Below are positions 56,494 through 59,605 of a stretch of 59,605 bases of DNA, piece after piece. Origin of the DNA: Patescibacteria group bacterium (GTDB lineage Bacteria > Patescibacteriota > UBA1384 > XYA2-FULL-43-10 > 1-14-0-10-43-13); assembly GCA_041649155.1 (NCBI GenBank), contig JBAZNP010000001.1:739183-798787 (forward strand). The letters are read 5' to 3'. The stretch's first letter is position 1. Each line of letters opens with the position of its first letter. A model generated the notes under the pieces. The model was not told where the DNA came from. It did not search any database and saw only the letters and a program-made list of their open reading frames with translations. Position numbers and translations under genes: made by a program.

Positions 56494-57747
56494 TTATTCC
56501 TTCCAATATTTCTTATTCTTTAAGTTCTCTGGCAAGTGAGACTTATTTGAGTACATTTCATATCCTTTGCCAAAGCCGAAATCCCTCATCATTTTTGTTG
56601 GAGCATTTCTAATATCTAGAGGAATTGGCTCTAATCTTTTATTAACCACATCATCTTTTGCTGCAGCATAGGCGTCATCGACAGCTCGTGATTTTGGCGC
56701 CTTGGCAAGGTAAATAACTAACTCGGCAACGATGACATTCGATTCCGGCATTCCAACAAAGTGAACTGCCTGCTGTGCGGATGTAGCCAATATCAATGCT
56801 TGTGGATCAGCCATACCAATATCTTCCGCAGCAAAACGAACCAGACGCCTGATTATATACAAAGGATCTTCTCCGGCTTCGAGCATTCTAGCCATGTAGT
56901 GTAACCCTGCATCAACGTCAGATGCTCGCAGCGACTTATGCAAAGCAGAAATGGCGTCATAGTGACCATCAGCTCCCTTGTCATAACGGATGAATTTCTG
57001 CTGGATCGATTCTTCTGCCAGTTTTTCATCAATTACAATCTCATTTTTTACTACTTTTGCCGAAATAATTGCCAATTCGAGTGCATTGTAAGCATCTCTG
57101 GCATCTCCTTCGCTTAGTTCCGCAATTCGTTTTGCTGATTTTGCTGTAATAGATATCTTAATGATTTTCTCTTTGAATATCTTGGGGAAGTATTTTGAAG
57201 GATCTTTGTTTATCTTCTTGATCGCTTGATTTATTAATTTTACAACATCGTTTACTCCGAGTTCTCTAAAGTGAAATACGCGAGCTCTTGATAAGAGCGG
57301 AGCGTTAATCTCAAATGATGGATTTTCCGTTGTTGCTCCGAGCAAGACTATAGTGCCATTCTCTACATGAGGTAAAAAAGCATCCTGCTGGGACTTATTA
57401 AATCTGTGAATTTCGTCGACAAATAATATTGTCAATTTTTGATATAGCTCGAGATTGTTTCTGGCCTGTTCAATAATTTTGCGTGCGTCCCCTACTCCGC
57501 CAGTTACAGCGGAAAAGAAAACGAAATTTGATTTTGTCTTCTCGGCTATTATTTTTGCCAGTGTGGTTTTGCCACAACCGGGCGGCCCCCAGAATATCAT
57601 GGGGAATATTCGATCCGATTCGATAATTCTTCGTAAGAGCTTGTCTTTTCCCAATATGTGTTCCTGTCCGACAAAATCCGATAATTTCTCAGGACGAAGT
57701 CTCTCGGCTAGAGGGTGTTGAATTGTATTTGAAAATAAATTATCCAT
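56494..57747 (-). CDS. rarA: Replication-associated recombination protein A (RarA/MgsA; start 57747)
   Basis: PLAERLRP, WGPPGCGKTT, FVDEIHRFNKSQQDAFLP, TTENPSF, HKSLRASD, EDIGMADP. Confidence 0.97.
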   Translation of the reverse strand: MDNLFSNTIQHPLAERLRPEKLSDFVGQEHILGKDKLLRRIIESDRIFPMIFWGPPGCGKTTLAKIIAEKTKSNFVFFSAVTGGVGDARKIIEQARNNLELYQKLTILFVDEIHRFNKSQQDAFLPHVENGTIVLLGATTENPSFEINAPLLSRARVFHFRELGVNDVVKLINQAIKKINKDPSKYFPKIFKEKIIKISITAKSAKRIAELSEGDARDAYNALELAIISAKVVKNEIVIDEKLAEESIQQKFIRYDKGADGHYDAISALHKSLRASDVDAGLHYMARMLEAGEDPLYIIRRLVRFAAEDIGMADPQALILATSAQQAVHFVGMPESNVIVAELVIYLAKAPKSRAVDDAYAAAKDDVVNKRLEPIPLDIRNAPTKMMRDFGFGKGYEMYSNKSHLPENLKNKKYWKE

Positions 57748-57771
57748 ATTTATATCATACAAAAAAATACC

Positions 57772-57786
57772 GAACAAAAGAAGAAC
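57772..57786. promoter_or_regulatory. Candidate LexA-type operator GAAC-N7-GAAC upstream of rarA
   Basis: GAACAAAAGAAGAAC at the expected -35 position relative to TATGAT (57754-57759). Confidence 0.5.
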
Positions 57787-57858
57787 AAGAAATAAAAACT
57801 GGCAATTAACTCAAATCTACGTTAAAATAAATAAATAAAACGATTACTTGGAGGAAAA

Positions 57859-59454
57859 ATGCATAGTCCAAAAGTTATATTAGTGATCATGGATGGCTGG
57901 GGATATAGCCCTGTTAAGAAGGGTAACGCCATTTTTGAGGCAAAGACTCCCAATTTTGATTATTTTTGGAACAATTATTCTCATACATTGTTAAATTCTT
58001 TTGGAGAAAATGTTGGTCTACCTTGGGGCTCCATAGGATCATCCGAAGTTGGCCATACATCTATCGGTAGTGGGAAACTTGTTAATCAGGAACTTTCACT
58101 TATTGATAAGGAAATATACAACGGTAATTTTTACCATAATCAAAAGATTATCAATGCAATCAATAAAACTAAAGAAAAAGGAAAATCGATACATCTTGTT
58201 GGATTAGTTAGTGATGGTGGCGTTCACAGTCACATGGAGCATCTCTTTGCTCTCTTAAAGATTTTAAAAATGCAGGGATTTAAATCGAATATTTTTATTC
58301 ATGTCTTTACTGATGGCCGCGATACTAGTCCGACAAGTGCCACACAATATATCGGCGACCTGCAAAAAAATATCAAAAAAATTGGGGTTGATGCCAGAAT
58401 TGCTACGGTGTCAGGACGATTTTTTGCAATGGATCGGGATAGTCGATGGGATCGTACTAAAAAAGTTTATCTTGCAATGACGAAATTAGAAGGTATCCAT
58501 TCTGATAATCCGATTAGTGCTATTAAAAAACAATATGCCAAAAAAAATACTGACGAGTTTATTGAACCTATTATAATAGATCAAAAACAAGAATCTGTCA
58601 TATCAAAATTATTTCAGAAACCGACAAAAGCACGTTCCGGAAAAATTGAGGAGGGTGATGGAGTTATTTTCTTTAATATTAGGCCGGATCGAATGCGCCA
58701 AATCAGCGAAATATTCTCATTTGAACGCAAAGATTTAGGCACATCACCTATTAATGATTTGGAAATTTTATCTTTAACTACATATAATAAATATTTGCCT
58801 ATCGATGTTGCATATCCATCAAAAGTAATTGAAAATCCGCTTGCTAAAATTTTAAGCGATCATAAAATAAAACAAAGTCATTTTGCTGAGACGGAGAAAT
58901 ATGCCCATGTAACATATTTCTTCAATGGAGGTAACCCTGAACCATTTCCTTATGAGACATGGCATTTAGTCTCTTCTCCGAAAGTTTTGACTTATGATCT
59001 AAAACCAGAGATGTCAGCTGATAAAGTAACTGCAGAGGTCTTTAATGCGATTGAAAAAGAGAATTTAGATTTTGTGTTGATCAATTATGCTAATACAGAC
59101 ATGGTTGGCCACACCGGTAAATTTGAAAAAGTTGTCATAGCTGCTGAAACAGTAGACAAACAACTTGGAAAATTGATAAAGAAATTTCCAAATTCCACTT
59201 TTTTAATTACTGCAGATCATGGTAATGCTGAGTGTATGATTCATCCTGAAACTGGAGAAGTGGACAAGAAGCATACTGTTAACCCAGTACCATTTATTAT
59301 TGTTAATGAAAATTTTAAGAAAAAAATAAATTCCAATGATACGCCTAAGCCAACAGGAATTTTAGCTGATATTGCTCCGACTGTTCTTTATTTTTTTGGA
59401 CTCAAAAAAAATAAAGATATGGATGGAGTAGCTTTAATCGATAGCTTGAAATAG
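57859..59454 (+). CDS. gpmI: 2,3-BPG-independent phosphoglycerate mutase, paralog 3 (intact motifs)
   Basis: MDGWG, GSSEVGH, DGRD, AMDRD, IRPDR, ETEKYAHVT, NTDMVGH, ADHGNAE, HT. Confidence 0.95.
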   Translation: MHSPKVILVIMDGWGYSPVKKGNAIFEAKTPNFDYFWNNYSHTLLNSFGENVGLPWGSIGSSEVGHTSIGSGKLVNQELSLIDKEIYNGNFYHNQKIINAINKTKEKGKSIHLVGLVSDGGVHSHMEHLFALLKILKMQGFKSNIFIHVFTDGRDTSPTSATQYIGDLQKNIKKIGVDARIATVSGRFFAMDRDSRWDRTKKVYLAMTKLEGIHSDNPISAIKKQYAKKNTDEFIEPIIIDQKQESVISKLFQKPTKARSGKIEEGDGVIFFNIRPDRMRQISEIFSFERKDLGTSPINDLEILSLTTYNKYLPIDVAYPSKVIENPLAKILSDHKIKQSHFAETEKYAHVTYFFNGGNPEPFPYETWHLVSSPKVLTYDLKPEMSADKVTAEVFNAIEKENLDFVLINYANTDMVGHTGKFEKVVIAAETVDKQLGKLIKKFPNSTFLITADHGNAECMIHPETGEVDKKHTVNPVPFIIVNENFKKKINSNDTPKPTGILADIAPTVLYFFGLKKNKDMDGVALIDSLK

Positions 59455-59480
59455 TTCTATTTCATATATTGTAGCGAAAC

Positions 59481-59510
59481 ATAAAAAAAGACCCTAGGGT
59501 CTTTTTTTAT
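59481..59510. terminator. Perfect 30-bp palindrome, bidirectional terminator
   Basis: ATAAAAAAAGACCCT|AGGGTCTTTTTTTAT. Confidence 0.75.
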
Positions 59511-59531
59511 GTGCTGGAAATCAACTTCTTC

Positions 59532-59605
59532 TTACTCCTCCTCCATCACCATAGAATACTTAACAAATCCTGTATCCTTGAGTGTGAATTGCTCTCCTGT
59601 ATAGA
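59532..59605 (-). CDS. 3' end of a gene running off the window
   Basis: Open frame ...YTGEQFTLKDTGFVKYSMVMEEE-stop converging on the terminator. Confidence 0.4.
   Translation of the reverse strand, partial: YTGEQFTLKDTGFVKYSMVMEEE

Noticed and set aside
1-59605. Alternative genetic code (TGA = Gly), prophage or autonomous IS
   Set aside because: Genes end cleanly at TGA and long ORFs are intact under code 11; no integrase, terminase or transposase motifs were seen.

Overview
59.6-kb AT-rich bacterial chromosomal segment using the standard code (TGA is a stop). Gene content and style point to a Patescibacteria/CPR genome with a monoderm-type envelope; this lineage call is inference. Housekeeping genes: ftsZ/ftsA; a Firmicutes-like HIT-rpsU-yqeY-HD-ybeY-dgkA block; eno, trxB, lexA-mpg, rlmD, hisS, clpC, nusA, murA-mreB, glycosyltransferases, sortase, ndk, tRNA-Leu(CAA), tsaC and rarA. 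A fermentation block holds PGI/PMI, iPGM, ADP-forming acyl-CoA synthetase and a 2-oxoacid:ferredoxin oxidoreductase. No transposase, prophage or CRISPR array is recognisable. Most unusual observations: (i) two paralogous secreted proteins built from 2 and 3 copies of an unfamiliar ~47-aa repeat, both ending LFLDP; (ii) a full-length but catalytically stripped iPGM paralog inside the glycolysis/fermentation operon, with three iPGM homologs in 13 kb; (iii) a direct-repeat RAAC-N7-RAAC motif three times over the lexA promoter and once at rarA, a candidate LexA box; (iv) a soluble histidine kinase with an N-terminal Zn-ribbon and degenerate Nudix domain; (v) several families of structured non-coding repeats, including a 133-bp inverted pair flanking clpC-nusA and a four-copy ~100-bp element with a compensatory base change; (vi) a perfect 8x15-bp tandem array and a candidate ~200-nt sRNA. 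Product names come from motif recognition, not database searches. Several starts were corrected from RBS or -10 evidence.
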